Assembly: GCA_013204395.1 (NCBI GenBank)
Contig: JABMNZ010000017.1
Coordinates: 2,490-66,489 of the forward strand
Direction: 5' to 3'
DNA from: Parcubacteria group bacterium
Lineage (GTDB): Bacteria > Patescibacteriota > Patescibacteriia > UBA9934 > GWF2-40-263
Length of the DNA stretch: 64,000 bases
The notes beneath the pieces are model-generated. The model did not search any database, was not told the DNA's origin, and saw nothing but the letters and a program-made list of their open reading frames with translations. Below are positions 1-10,134 of this stretch, in pieces. The position numbers were made by a program, and so were the translations under genes. Positions within the stretch are counted from its first letter, which is position 1. Every line of letters begins with the position of its first letter.

Positions 1-498
1 ACGCAAGCTGAACAAATATCAGGAATGACTGTTCGTTTTTGGATAGGGATACAGGATCATCTACTTTACAGGATCCAGGGGGCCGGTGCGTTCATTCAAG
101 AGGAGACAAACGACTTGATGCCAGTTGATATCCGTGTTGATTTTTCAGATCACAACCAAGTTGTAGAGATTAATGAGCCTCAAGGAACAACGGCATTCAC
201 TCAGATTCTTACGGATGCCTTTGGTGGTTTACCTGAGGCTGGTGCAAGTTCGTTTGGATCATCGGGGAAAGCAACTAGCGTTTCACTTTCCTCAACGGCC
301 AAACTTCCGGTGACTCAAGTGGAAGTGACAAACGATCCTGATAACGATGGCCTTGATAACTTGCTTGAAAGGTTTTATGGAACGGATATGAATAATCCTG
401 ATACAGATGGTGACGGGATGACTGATGGTGAGGAGGTTCGTTCTGGTATGAATCCACGAGGAAAAGGTTCTTTATTCAGTTTTGGATTAGGTTTTTAA
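1..498 (+). CDS. C-terminal part of a surface/secreted protein with Ca-binding DxDxDG (thrombospondin type 3-like) repeats; 5' end lies outside the window
   Basis: Frame is open from base 1. Contains DPDNDGLDN and DTDGDGMTDGEE motifs. Confidence 0.65.
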   Translation, partial: TQAEQISGMTVRFWIGIQDHLLYRIQGAGAFIQEETNDLMPVDIRVDFSDHNQVVEINEPQGTTAFTQILTDAFGGLPEAGASSFGSSGKATSVSLSSTAKLPVTQVEVTNDPDNDGLDNLLERFYGTDMNNPDTDGDGMTDGEEVRSGMNPRGKGSLFSFGLGF

Positions 499-500
499 CT

Positions 501-2264
501 ATGGCAGGAGGATGGCGACAATCCAAACGAGGGGACATGGATGGCCGTCTATTATTTTTTCGTTACGCGATATTTTTGTTTGCAGGGGTGATTATTTTGA
601 AACTCATTTTTATTCAGGGTATCCAACATGGCCTGTACGAGGCACTCGCCAGCGGTCAGCATGAGCTCTATCAGGAGCTCATTCCCGACCGGGGAGTTAT
701 TTATGTCCACGACATGAAAGATGAGACTCTCGTGCCTGTGGCAACCAATCGCAAACTTTCATTTATTTACGCAGATCCTCGACTTGTTGACGAGCCAGGT
801 GATACGGCTGAGGCCTTGGGGGAGCTGTTTGGGTACGATGCCACGTCAACGGCAAGACTTGAAGAAAGACTTGATCAGCCAGAGGACCCGTATGAACCAA
901 TCGAACGTGATGTGGATGAGGACATGCTCGCAAGAATCCTTGAGCTTAATTTGCCAGGCGTTGCCTATATCAGAGAAGCCTCGCGTTTTTACCCTGAACC
1001 AGAGATGAGTGGACATGTGATCGGATTTGTTGGAACCAATGAGGACGGGAGTGAGTCTGGTAGATATGGTGTTGAGGGATACTTCAATGAACTTTTAACG
1101 GGGACTCAAGGAAGTCTGCTTTCAGAGCGAGACATCGCTGGAAGGTTGATAGCGGTGGCAGATCAGTTTTTAGAGCCGGCTGTTGATGGTGCTGATATCG
1201 TTTTGACGATTGATAGAACCATTCAGTATCAAGCCTGTAGCACCCTGAAAAAGGCCGTGGCCAAACATGGTGCAGATGGCGGTTCCGTTGTCATTGTTGA
1301 TCCACAGACCGGAAAGATTCTTGGTATGTGTGGGGCTCCAGATTACGATCCGAATATTTATAATAAAGTTGATTCGATTAGGATTTTTAATAATCCAGCT
1401 ATTTTTCAGGCCTATGAGCCTGGGTCAATTTTTAAACCTATAACCATGGCGGCGGCTGTGGATGCTGGTGCTGTGACACCAACAACAACATTTACAGATA
1501 CAGGAACGGCGATGGTAGATGGGTGGCCAAGGCCAATTGGAAACGCAGAGGGAAAAGTTTATGGGCTTGTAGATATGACAAAAGTTTTGGAAGATTCCAT
1601 TAACACTGGAATGATTTTTTCTATGCGAGCTACTGGCATGGATACTTTTGTGGAGTATGTTAAAGCGTTCGGGTTTGGAGAGTTGACCGGAATTGAGTTG
1701 GAGACGGAGGTTACGGGAACGATTGATTCGCTAGATATTGGTTCAGAGATTTACGCCGCAACAGCTTCCTTCGGCCAAGGAATCACAGTAACACCACTTC
1801 AGATAGCTATGGCTTATGCCGCTATAGCAAATGGTGGAGTGCTCAAGAGACCGCAAATTATTGATGAGATTCGTCACAGTGACGGAACGGTTGAAGAGAG
1901 ACCAAGTGTAGACATTTCCCAGGTGATTGATCCCAAGACGGCTCGTACCCTCTCTGCTATGCTTGTCTCAGTGATTGAGCACGGGCATGGTAAGCACGCG
2001 GGTGTGCCTGGATATTATATCGCCGGGAAGACTGGTACGGCTCAGGTGGCTAGGGCTGAAAGTCTTGGGTATGACGAAGACAACACCATTGGTTCATTTG
2101 CAGGGTTTGGGCCTGTTGAGGATCCAAAGTTCGCCATGGTGGTCCGGATCGATAATCCAAAAGATGTCGTATGGGCGGAGTCTACCGCCGCACCACTGTT
2201 TGGTGAGCTGGCTGAGTTTCTTTTACAGTATTTTGAAGTTCCCCCCGTACGGGCAATTGAATGA
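501..2264 (+). CDS. Class B penicillin-binding protein (FtsI/PBP2 family transpeptidase)
   Basis: N-terminal TM helix, PDRGVIY dimerisation domain, EPGSIFK (SxxK), SIN (SxN) and KTGTAQ motifs. Confidence 0.93.
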   Translation: MAGGWRQSKRGDMDGRLLFFRYAIFLFAGVIILKLIFIQGIQHGLYEALASGQHELYQELIPDRGVIYVHDMKDETLVPVATNRKLSFIYADPRLVDEPGDTAEALGELFGYDATSTARLEERLDQPEDPYEPIERDVDEDMLARILELNLPGVAYIREASRFYPEPEMSGHVIGFVGTNEDGSESGRYGVEGYFNELLTGTQGSLLSERDIAGRLIAVADQFLEPAVDGADIVLTIDRTIQYQACSTLKKAVAKHGADGGSVVIVDPQTGKILGMCGAPDYDPNIYNKVDSIRIFNNPAIFQAYEPGSIFKPITMAAAVDAGAVTPTTTFTDTGTAMVDGWPRPIGNAEGKVYGLVDMTKVLEDSINTGMIFSMRATGMDTFVEYVKAFGFGELTGIELETEVTGTIDSLDIGSEIYAATASFGQGITVTPLQIAMAYAAIANGGVLKRPQIIDEIRHSDGTVEERPSVDISQVIDPKTARTLSAMLVSVIEHGHGKHAGVPGYYIAGKTGTAQVARAESLGYDEDNTIGSFAGFGPVEDPKFAMVVRIDNPKDVVWAESTAAPLFGELAEFLLQYFEVPPVRAIE

Positions 2265-2971
2265 ATTTATTCTCTCTCAAAGAGGTCTCTCGAGACTATT
2301 TGAATGGCGAGGTTGTAACGAGCGCATTGCGTGGGGTTTCTGTTGAAGTTAAGAAAGGGGAGTTTTTAGCCATCATGGGGCCGTCTGGATCAGGGAAGTC
2401 AACGCTGATGCACATACTTGGTTTCCTGGATTCACACACAGGAGGCACGTATCTATTTGATGGCAGGGATGTGGCTGGAATGACTGATGATGAACTAGCA
2501 AAACTTAGACAGGATCAAGTTGGCTTTGTCTTCCAGGCGTTTAACTTGTTGTCTAAGTCTACGGTGGCGCAGAATGTCATGCTGCCACTTGTCTATGGTG
2601 GGCTTACGGTTAAGGAGCGCCACACCCGTGCGGATAACGCGATCAGTGCCGTCGGGATGGAACATCGACGCAATCACTACTCCAATCAGCTCTCTGGCGG
2701 TGAAAAGCAGCGAGTGGCCATTGCTCGCGCCTTGGTGAACAACCCGTCGGTTATTTTTGCTGATGAACCAACGGGTAATCTGGATACAAAAACAGGAACA
2801 CAAATTCTTGATTTGCTAGCTGAGCTTCATGACGAAGGGCATACGATTGTGATGGTTACTCATGAGGAGGAGGCAGCTGAGTATGCTTCTCGTATTTTAA
2901 AACTCAGAGATGGAAAAATGGAATCAGATACACAAAATGTTAATAGACGTCGGGGAGGGTATAAAAAGTAG
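2261..2971 (+). CDS. ABC transporter ATP-binding protein (MacB/LolD family)
   Basis: [24 protein letters not shown] and DEPTGNLD motifs. Confidence 0.95.
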   Translation: MNLFSLKEVSRDYLNGEVVTSALRGVSVEVKKGEFLAIMGPSGSGKSTLMHILGFLDSHTGGTYLFDGRDVAGMTDDELAKLRQDQVGFVFQAFNLLSKSTVAQNVMLPLVYGGLTVKERHTRADNAISAVGMEHRRNHYSNQLSGGEKQRVAIARALVNNPSVIFADEPTGNLDTKTGTQILDLLAELHDEGHTIVMVTHEEEAAEYASRILKLRDGKMESDTQNVNRRRGGYKK

Positions 2972-2973
2972 GT

Positions 2974-4209
2974 ATGCAATATCGTGATTTGTTTACAACA
3001 GCATCCGAATCTCTCTTGCGGACAAAGTCACGCTCACTTTTGACTATACTTGGAATTGTGATTGGAATCGGGGCGGTTATTTTAATGCTGTCTATTGGGC
3101 AAGGGGCAGAGAGATTTATTTTGAATCAAGTCGCAGACCTTGGAGCAGATTTGGTTTTTGTTGAGCCAGCAAGTGGAGATCCAACATCCGGACCACCAAA
3201 CCCATTCATTGAACAAACAGTCACATTAGATGATGTAACTGCAATGGAACGGTCTGGGCTTTTCTCTACAATCTCTGCAACTTTGTTGACCACACTTCCG
3301 GTCACTGTGGGGGAGATTAACGAGTTCACGCAACTTCAAGGAACTGATGAGAATTATTTAGATTTGTTTCCAGGAGATTTACAGTACGGGACTAACTTAG
3401 ACGAATCGGATGTTGAGGGGTATGCCAAAGTAGCTGTTATTGGTTCGGAGATCTCTGAAACATTTTTTGGAGATGCAGACCCGGTTGGCCAGAAAATTAA
3501 AATTAAATCGATGAGCTTCAGGGTTGTGGGGGTCATGGAGGAGCAGGGGTCGAGATTCTTTCAAAACTTAGATAAACAAATATCTATTCCGATAACAACC
3601 ATGCAACGCGATGTAATGGGTGTTGATTCAGTGGCTTGGATTACAGCTAGAGCCATTGGCGATGTGGATGAAGTTAAGGAAGAGTTCCGGTGGTTGATGC
3701 GTGACGCCCATGATCTTGATAACCCAGAAGGAGATCCAAGCAAAGACGATTTTTTCGTAAGCTCACAGGATGACGCCACAGAAATGGTTGGGGTAGTTGG
3801 TGGTGTGCTTACCGTGCTGTTGTCATCCATCGCAGCGATCTCTCTGCTGGTTGGTGGTATCGGTATCATGAACATTATGCTTGTGTCGGTTACAGAGCGC
3901 ACAAGAGAGATTGGTTTGCGTAAGGCTGTGGGCGCGACTTACAAAGAAATCATGCTTCAGTTTTTAGTCGAGAGTGTTTTGCTAACTCTCTTGGGTGGAC
4001 TACTTGGGGTCCTCGGTGGGGTTACAATTTCATATTTGGTTGGTTGGGTTTTGATTGAATATTTTGTTGCAGATTGGACGATTGTAATTCCACCAAACGC
4101 CATAGCCCTGGCGGCAATTGTTTCAACTATTGTTGGTTTAGTCTTTGGGATTTATCCAGCTCGTAACGCGGCAAGGTTGAATCCAATCGATGCACTGAGG
4201 TACGAATAG
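2974..4209 (+). CDS. ABC transporter permease (MacB/FtsX family)
   Basis: RSLLTILGIVIG, GGIGIMNIMLVSVTERTREIGLRKAVGA and C-terminal PIDALRYE. Confidence 0.95.
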   Translation: MQYRDLFTTASESLLRTKSRSLLTILGIVIGIGAVILMLSIGQGAERFILNQVADLGADLVFVEPASGDPTSGPPNPFIEQTVTLDDVTAMERSGLFSTISATLLTTLPVTVGEINEFTQLQGTDENYLDLFPGDLQYGTNLDESDVEGYAKVAVIGSEISETFFGDADPVGQKIKIKSMSFRVVGVMEEQGSRFFQNLDKQISIPITTMQRDVMGVDSVAWITARAIGDVDEVKEEFRWLMRDAHDLDNPEGDPSKDDFFVSSQDDATEMVGVVGGVLTVLLSSIAAISLLVGGIGIMNIMLVSVTERTREIGLRKAVGATYKEIMLQFLVESVLLTLLGGLLGVLGGVTISYLVGWVLIEYFVADWTIVIPPNAIALAAIVSTIVGLVFGIYPARNAARLNPIDALRYE

Positions 4210-4326
4210 TATCTTACGTCTAACACTACAAACATTTTTTTAATAATTTTCAAAAAACCCCCATTTTACGGAAGCTAAGCTTCCGGCCAGTGGAGGTATT
4301 TTTGTTGGGTGTTTTGTCTGTGGAGA

Positions 4327-4383
4327 TTGACAAATAGCACTTTCCGTGCTATTTTTGCTAGTCCGAAATTCGGAATAAGGAGG
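4327..4383 (+). promoter_or_regulatory. Sigma70-type promoter with overlapping palindrome, plus strong SD
   Basis: TTGACA 4327-4332, 17-bp spacer, TGC-TATTTT. Inverted repeat aaatagcac/gtgctattt spans the spacer. TAAGGAGG precedes GTG 4389. Confidence 0.6.
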
Positions 4384-4388
4384 CTGCA

Positions 4389-5663
4389 GTGAAGCACCAA
4401 TTCGACGTGAATGGATGGCGATACGGAACAAGTCAGATCGAGGATCTGGCTGACCAGATCCGTGAGCGCGTCTCCGATGAGAATTTTCCCACCGACCAGG
4501 GGGGCAAGGTGTTTGGGCTTTCCATCGCGGACCCGCTCGCAAAGGACGCCTTCAGGGTTCCAAGGTGGATGCCTTTCACGGCACAGACCGATCCGTGTGG
4601 AAGCTGGATCTGGACCAACTCCACTTGGATGGTGCGTAGCAACGCAGCCGACGAGGATTGGGTTGGCCCAGGTGCCGGCGCTCACACGAGCATGACACGA
4701 GGACCGTCATACGTCGCCGAAGCTGCCCGAGAGCTTCTGGGTACCTGTGGTGGTGTTGTGCTTCAGGGCAAATCGGATGGTGTCGGTCTCGTTGTGGACT
4801 TTGGCTGGAGCGAGTTGCTTCAGCGCAATGTCCTGCGCGTCGCCATTGGTATGCCTTCGATGAGTGGTAGCGGACTCAGCTACACAAGCCCCACGTGGGA
4901 CAACGAGGCACGCGTTGGACTCTTCGACGCACACACCGGCGAAGCCATCGTCGATCTGAACACCAACTACTTCGATGTCCAGGCCGTGGTCCGTCCATTC
5001 GTGGACGTGATCGTGCCTCGGCTCATGGAGTGGAGAATCAAGTTCGGGCTTCAGTTCGAGCTCATTGGTTCTCTGAGGGAGGGTGTTGCGGACCTGGTTC
5101 AGGTCCGTCCTAGTCCTGGATCGATCCAGGGACAGGTGGTACAAGCACCTTCAGGCAAGGAACCTCTTGTCACAACCGGCATGGTGAACATGCCTGGCGA
5201 GGTGCTGGCCGAGGTGTACATGGTTCTGGACGGTCACGGTCGCAACCAAGACCCGTTGGAAGTCACGATTATGACTGGTCAAGCTGGACGTCGCATGCCT
5301 ACGGCTGAACATTGGGATCCACTCAAGGAAGCTCTCTGTGGCAAGATCGTCTTCTGGTTGCCGGGCGCACTCCAGAAGTACAGCGGTAGCCTGTTCCAGG
5401 CGGCCGGTGCGTGGCGTCTGGGAGCCGTGGCTCAGATTTCAGCGTGGGCCATTCTCACCAACTCTGCCCACGGGACGTCAACCAACTCGTACCTGAAAAG
5501 CGAGTTGTCCAGAGCCGCTTTTGAGGAAGCGAGGGCTGGTGGTCCACTTCTGTGCATTGGCCGAGAGCTCACAAGGTTGCTCAGACGTGAGTGCAAGGGC
5601 GAAACGCCTCCCGTGCTGCACATCGTCTCCGACGGCTTGGTCGGGCAGGTCTACCGAGGCTAG
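4389..5663 (+). CDS. Divergent PEP-synthase/PPDK-type ATP-grasp protein (PEP/pyruvate-binding domain-like)
   Basis: WMVRSNAADED..GAHTS resembles VRSSA..ED..AG..S, QFE..LVQVRP resembles DIE..ILQARP, and TNSAH may be the phospho-His motif. GC-rich codon usage. Confidence 0.55.
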   Translation: MKHQFDVNGWRYGTSQIEDLADQIRERVSDENFPTDQGGKVFGLSIADPLAKDAFRVPRWMPFTAQTDPCGSWIWTNSTWMVRSNAADEDWVGPGAGAHTSMTRGPSYVAEAARELLGTCGGVVLQGKSDGVGLVVDFGWSELLQRNVLRVAIGMPSMSGSGLSYTSPTWDNEARVGLFDAHTGEAIVDLNTNYFDVQAVVRPFVDVIVPRLMEWRIKFGLQFELIGSLREGVADLVQVRPSPGSIQGQVVQAPSGKEPLVTTGMVNMPGEVLAEVYMVLDGHGRNQDPLEVTIMTGQAGRRMPTAEHWDPLKEALCGKIVFWLPGALQKYSGSLFQAAGAWRLGAVAQISAWAILTNSAHGTSTNSYLKSELSRAAFEEARAGGPLLCIGRELTRLLRRECKGETPPVLHIVSDGLVGQVYRG

Positions 5664-5752
5664 CCCACACCAGGCATACACAGCAAACGCGGCTTTTACA
5701 GCCATCCGGCACCCATACGAGGGGTCGGTATTTTGTTTTACCCCCATTTAGG

Positions 5753-5833
5753 TTGACAAAACGCCTAAACTGGGCTATTATCGTGTCTTGGTTTGAGGCT
5801 TTTCTCATACTCAAGACATCACTTCAAAGGAGG
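5753..5833 (+). promoter_or_regulatory. Sigma70-type promoter and SD
   Basis: TTGACA 5753-5758, 17 bp, TATTAT 5776-5781. AAAGGAGG precedes ATG 5839. Confidence 0.65.
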
Positions 5834-5838
5834 CGTAC

Positions 5839-7710
5839 ATGAACCGCTTTGCCCTGATTCTGGCCCTTGTGGTCGCTGGTTGCAGTCCCCAGATCGAGGA
5901 CGGCCCGCCGTTGGATTCCACGGCGGTGACCGTGAACGTGAACAAGCAGGCCCCGGCCCCGACGTCGGCCCCGCGTCAGGTTCGCGAGCCGGAGATCAAC
6001 GAGGTCTTCTCGAACCCCGAGACGCTCGCTCAGTGGCACGACAGCATGGACGCGGAGATCACCTCCGTTGCCGCCGAGCCCGATCCCCGTGAGATGTTCG
6101 AGGCCATCGCAGCCACGTACACCATCTCCCTGTCCAACCTCGAGCCGTTGTTTGGGAGCAAGGACATCTGGGGGGCTGACTACAACCCCAACGATGAGTA
6201 CACGGATCCTGATCCGGATCCTGTCGCCGAGCTCGATACCCTCGAGCAGGCTGGGTACCTGGAGCGGCAGGACCAGAAGTGGCACGCCGCCCAGATCTAC
6301 ATCGCTCACGGCAACAACGCCGACGCCAACCGCTGCGCCAAGCTCCTCTTCGACGAAGGGAGCTACAAGGTCGCGGCCATGGTGGCTGTGATGACGGGCG
6401 ACATGGACATGATGACCGCGGCCACGACCAAGATGGTCGACGCCCGTTACGTCACCAAGGTCTACGACGTGGTTCGCTACGCGTACGACAACGACAAGAT
6501 CCAGGCCGGGCGACACATTGTCGACACTCACGGATACGACTTGGTCGATGTTCTGGGTGAACAGACAGTGGGTTACCTGGCTCGTACCAGTCAACCGGAC
6601 CTCCTCGCTCCGATCATTGAGTCTTCCCTCGCACTGAGCGGTGGGGACTCGTGGAATGCCGATCAGTACGGGTCCGGCAACCTGGCGGCCGGCATTGTGA
6701 CTCTGGGTCGAACCGATCCTGAGCAAGCACGAGCGTTCGCTGCTCGCTACATCAAGATCCCACACATCAACGTGATGCTGTTGTGGAAGTGTGGTGAGGG
6801 GTGCTACGTGAGCCCCCTGATTGGAACGCTGGAACTGTACCAGCTGATCAAGGGTGATCCTCAGCTCAAGCAGATCTATCTGGACCGCACTCGCGAGTTT
6901 GCACAGGAGGCCTTCCCAGCAATCCACGTGGATGGCGAGGAACGGCCGCGGACCAAGTCGGTCATCCACGGTGTGATCGAGTACGCAGAGTGGAACAACG
7001 GGGAGATGAACGAGAGCTACGTGTTCACCTACCTGATGGCCGTCAAGGCAACTGGCGACCAGGACCTGATCGCTCTGTGGACCGAGATGGTGAACGACTT
7101 CGGTCATCGTCAGGGAGACTACAGTGGCGGGCCCATGGCCTTCGAGCGAGAGATCGGTCGAGGGATCCTGGGTCTGTCCGTGAACCCCACGGCCCCGGAT
7201 CTGGACCTTTCCCAGCAGTACCTGCTCGCGCGTCTCACCGGTGCTTCGGCCCCGGATCTGAGCCCGCTCTGGGACGAGCCTCGTGACAGCAGGCGCTACT
7301 ACAGCCACGACCCACCCAACGCGTCGCTGACTTGGCTGCTCAACATGTTCCTGAATGGGAGTATGGATCAGAACGCACAGGCGGCACTCTTGGCTACGTA
7401 CGAGCTGGTGGCGGAGAACGAGTACAGCACTCCAACTCGGCTGCTGAGCAAGAAGTTCGAAGCAGCCATGAGCGCCCACTACGGCGTTCCGAACACGCTG
7501 AACGCTCTCATGATCAAGCCCGACCGGGCTTTCTACACGAACAAGATAGCTGTCGACGAACGACAGCGTCTGATGCTGCCACCCATCGACCTGTACCCGG
7601 TTACCGAGGACGATGTCCTCGAGATCATCGCGCCGCACCTGCTGCGCATGGAGACCGAGTTGCCGGTCGCACACGCACGCCACATGGCCGCGCATCCGCC
7701 GCGGCCCTGA
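5839..7710 (+). CDS. Hypothetical lipoprotein, GC-rich
   Basis: Signal peptide with lipobox VVAG-C, 623 aa, strong SD. No family recognised. Confidence 0.8.
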   Translation: MNRFALILALVVAGCSPQIEDGPPLDSTAVTVNVNKQAPAPTSAPRQVREPEINEVFSNPETLAQWHDSMDAEITSVAAEPDPREMFEAIAATYTISLSNLEPLFGSKDIWGADYNPNDEYTDPDPDPVAELDTLEQAGYLERQDQKWHAAQIYIAHGNNADANRCAKLLFDEGSYKVAAMVAVMTGDMDMMTAATTKMVDARYVTKVYDVVRYAYDNDKIQAGRHIVDTHGYDLVDVLGEQTVGYLARTSQPDLLAPIIESSLALSGGDSWNADQYGSGNLAAGIVTLGRTDPEQARAFAARYIKIPHINVMLLWKCGEGCYVSPLIGTLELYQLIKGDPQLKQIYLDRTREFAQEAFPAIHVDGEERPRTKSVIHGVIEYAEWNNGEMNESYVFTYLMAVKATGDQDLIALWTEMVNDFGHRQGDYSGGPMAFEREIGRGILGLSVNPTAPDLDLSQQYLLARLTGASAPDLSPLWDEPRDSRRYYSHDPPNASLTWLLNMFLNGSMDQNAQAALLATYELVAENEYSTPTRLLSKKFEAAMSAHYGVPNTLNALMIKPDRAFYTNKIAVDERQRLMLPPIDLYPVTEDDVLEIIAPHLLRMETELPVAHARHMAAHPPRP

Positions 7711-7734
7711 AAAGACGGCGAGGTTCATCCTCGC

Positions 7735-7775
7735 GACCGATCATCCCCCTGGGGCGTGATCGGTCTTTTCTTTTT
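7735..7775 (+). terminator. Intrinsic terminator
   Basis: gaccgatca...tgatcggtc stem followed by a T-run. Confidence 0.7.
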
Positions 7776-7936
7776 GGTGGTATTATAGGATTAGATTGTG
7801 TTTATCTAGAAAGATGCAACGTTTTGGCTCTGAGAGCGATATAGTTATTGCAAGGTCGAAACATGACTCTTTAGGCGGGGTCAAACTGGGCTCGTGGTAA
7901 ACCCCCGAATATCACGAGCCCGTAATCTATGTCCTT

Positions 7937-8563
7937 ATGGAAAATGAATTGGAGGTGATTGCACATGCACAAAAAAACCCTGAGATGTTTGGTAGGTTGT
8001 ACGACACGTATTACCAACCCATCTTTGGGTTCATGTATAACCGCACGGGGAATGCTGAGGTTGCAAAGGATTTAACCAGTGAAACATTCTTTCAGGCGTT
8101 AAAAAATCTTCATAAGTACAAGCCAAGAGAGGGTGCCAAGTTTAAATCCTGGTTATTCTCAATAGGCGTGGCTCAGGTGGGGAATTACTATAGAAGTAGA
8201 TCTAAGGTGCTAGAGGTCACAACAGATGAAGCACCAGAGCTAGTGAGTAGAGATGAGTTTCGTCCGGATATTGCCTATAGGATGGGTGAGGACGCCGAAG
8301 AGCTTCATGCTCAGATTGAACAGCTCCATCAAGTCATGAAGCAACTAAACCAAAGACAACAAACCATACTTACATTGAGGTTCTTCTCTCACATGACTGT
8401 CCCTGAGATTTCTTTGACAATGGGAATGAAAGAGGGAACCATTAAGTCTCACATTCACAGAGCTATTAAAAAAATGCAGTCCCTCATGATAGGGGATACT
8501 GCTGTAGATCAAATACAAACGACAACTTCTCATTCTTATGAAACGCGAATCGCTCAAAATTGA
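7937..8563 (+). CDS. ECF-family RNA polymerase sigma factor
   Basis: Region 2 (AKDLTSETFFQA, FKSWLF) and region 4 (EISLTMGMKEGTIKSHIHRA). Confidence 0.93.
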   Translation: MENELEVIAHAQKNPEMFGRLYDTYYQPIFGFMYNRTGNAEVAKDLTSETFFQALKNLHKYKPREGAKFKSWLFSIGVAQVGNYYRSRSKVLEVTTDEAPELVSRDEFRPDIAYRMGEDAEELHAQIEQLHQVMKQLNQRQQTILTLRFFSHMTVPEISLTMGMKEGTIKSHIHRAIKKMQSLMIGDTAVDQIQTTTSHSYETRIAQN

Positions 8564-8969
8564 AGATCTCCTTGAACAAATGGGGAGCCAGGAACACCCC
8601 GGAGATCCTGCACATCGCTACGAGCTTCGTCGTAAACTTTTATGTTCACGTTTCTTTAATGGGTGTGATCGACAAGGACGTTGGGATCGGATGCTTACCT
8701 ACACAGCCCCTCTTTTGGCGGGAGGTATGATGGTCGGTGTTATGGTCGTATTTGCAACGTCATGGCCTCAAGGGGCTTTAGACTCAACAGGAACTATTTC
8801 TTCACACACCATGCCATCGGCCAGTATTGAGCTAGCTGATATTACCGTTGACGTGGGTGACTTTGTTTCAGATGTTCATGCCCCCGTTGTTCGTTTGGCA
8901 GATTTTAATACAAATCCACAGGTGCGATTTCTCCCACTTGCTAACAGGCAGATCGTAAGAACTCGTTAA
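8538..8969 (+). CDS. Putative membrane-anchored anti-sigma factor
   Basis: Overlaps the 3' end of the ECF sigma gene and has a single central TM helix. Confidence 0.55.
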   Translation: MKRESLKIEDLLEQMGSQEHPGDPAHRYELRRKLLCSRFFNGCDRQGRWDRMLTYTAPLLAGGMMVGVMVVFATSWPQGALDSTGTISSHTMPSASIELADITVDVGDFVSDVHAPVVRLADFNTNPQVRFLPLANRQIVRTR

Positions 8970-9048
8970 TGGTAATAAAAACAGTCTTGGACTGTTTTTT
9001 GTTTTAGTGGAGTTGCAAAGCTTTAGAGGGGTTTGGTATAATCTAATT

Positions 9049-9254
9049 GCTCCACGGAACTAATTTGGGCAAACACTTGGCATTAGGCTTGGAACCACTA
9101 CTGCTTTGGCAGAGTGTGAGAGCCTCGCGGTTATCCCTTAGGGGACAAGTTATTCAGAACGTCATATCGGCATTGCTGAATTGAATGTATCTGAGGCGCG
9201 CTGTGCTACAGCACGGGGCCCGACTAGAACCAGCCAAATGTAGGGCTGTGGAGT
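9049..9254 (+). ncRNA. Stand-alone structured RNA of about 205 nt, 6S RNA-like
   Basis: TTGCAA (9013)-18 bp-TATAAT (9037) promoter. 5' ctccacgg..atttgg pairs with 3' ccaaat..ctgtggag. Terminator follows. No ORF in the track. Confidence 0.55.
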
Positions 9255-9257
9255 GAT

Positions 9258-9289
9258 AAAAATACCGAGCAATAGCTCAGTATTTTTTT
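9258..9289 (+). terminator. Intrinsic terminator, likely bidirectional
   Basis: aaaaataccgagc-aata-gctcagtattttttt. Confidence 0.7.
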
Positions 9290-9305
9290 ATTTGGTTTGT
9301 TGCAA

Positions 9306-9893
9306 TTATATCTTGTCCAAGACTCCTGCATCTAGCAGGGCTTGATGATGCTCAGGGAGATATCTAGCCATGTATTCGATTAGCTTCCCTCGAACACGCC
9401 TGGTATCAAGATCGATTGATTTCGCAAATGCGCTAATGCGATCGTTGGCTTCTTGCTGTTCTTCCATCGATTCAATAAGGAGCTCAATCTCTACAACTGC
9501 ATAACCAAAGTCACAGTTATCTAGATCTATTCTGAGCCCATCCCGAAGATAACTTCGACGAGTTTTTTCTATTTTTGCGAAAGGTTTGTACCCAGCGATC
9601 TCGATTTCTCTCGTTAAATCCATTCCAGGCAATCCAAGTTTGACCGCTATTGATAAATCATCCTCAAGTTCCACATGTGTACGTGAAGACACTTTAGAAT
9701 TCTTGTTCTGACCAATTTTTAGTTCCCACCGATCGTTACGAAGTCTGAGCCACAGACTTTCTAAACCGAGCGTGTAATCTTCTGTGTCATAGTACGTATC
9801 GATGTTTGTTTTTTCATAGTCGAACGTAGCTCCCTTGAGAAGTTTTTCTTCCTGCTCAGGATTTAACAGAAACTTTTGTTCAACTTCAATCAT
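9306..9893 (-). CDS. CYTH-domain protein (triphosphate tunnel metalloenzyme)
   Basis: N-terminal EVEQK (ExExK), DTYYD, WLRLR and EIE motifs. Confidence 0.9.
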   Translation of the reverse strand: MIEVEQKFLLNPEQEEKLLKGATFDYEKTNIDTYYDTEDYTLGLESLWLRLRNDRWELKIGQNKNSKVSSRTHVELEDDLSIAVKLGLPGMDLTREIEIAGYKPFAKIEKTRRSYLRDGLRIDLDNCDFGYAVVEIELLIESMEEQQEANDRISAFAKSIDLDTRRVRGKLIEYMARYLPEHHQALLDAGVLDKI

Positions 9894-10134
9894 AGATCTC
9901 CTTTACTAGATGCCCTGTTATCGATACCCTTATGGTACTCATCCTAAGAAAAAAATCGGAATTTAACAACTATGGAAATGGAGCGTGATAAAATTCTTAA
10001 AGGTGCTATCACTATACAGTCTAGATGGTGTTGATGTGATTGTAAAAATGTAGAGCCGTTAGTCAAGTTTATTTCTTAACATTAGCTATTGTCGATCAAT
10101 GTAAAGTGGCGTATCTTTGCAGCGAAATAATATT

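Noticed and set aside
5824-7728. 634-aa antisense ORF
   Set aside because: Shadow of the GC-rich lipoprotein gene. The + strand has the promoter, SD, lipobox and terminator.
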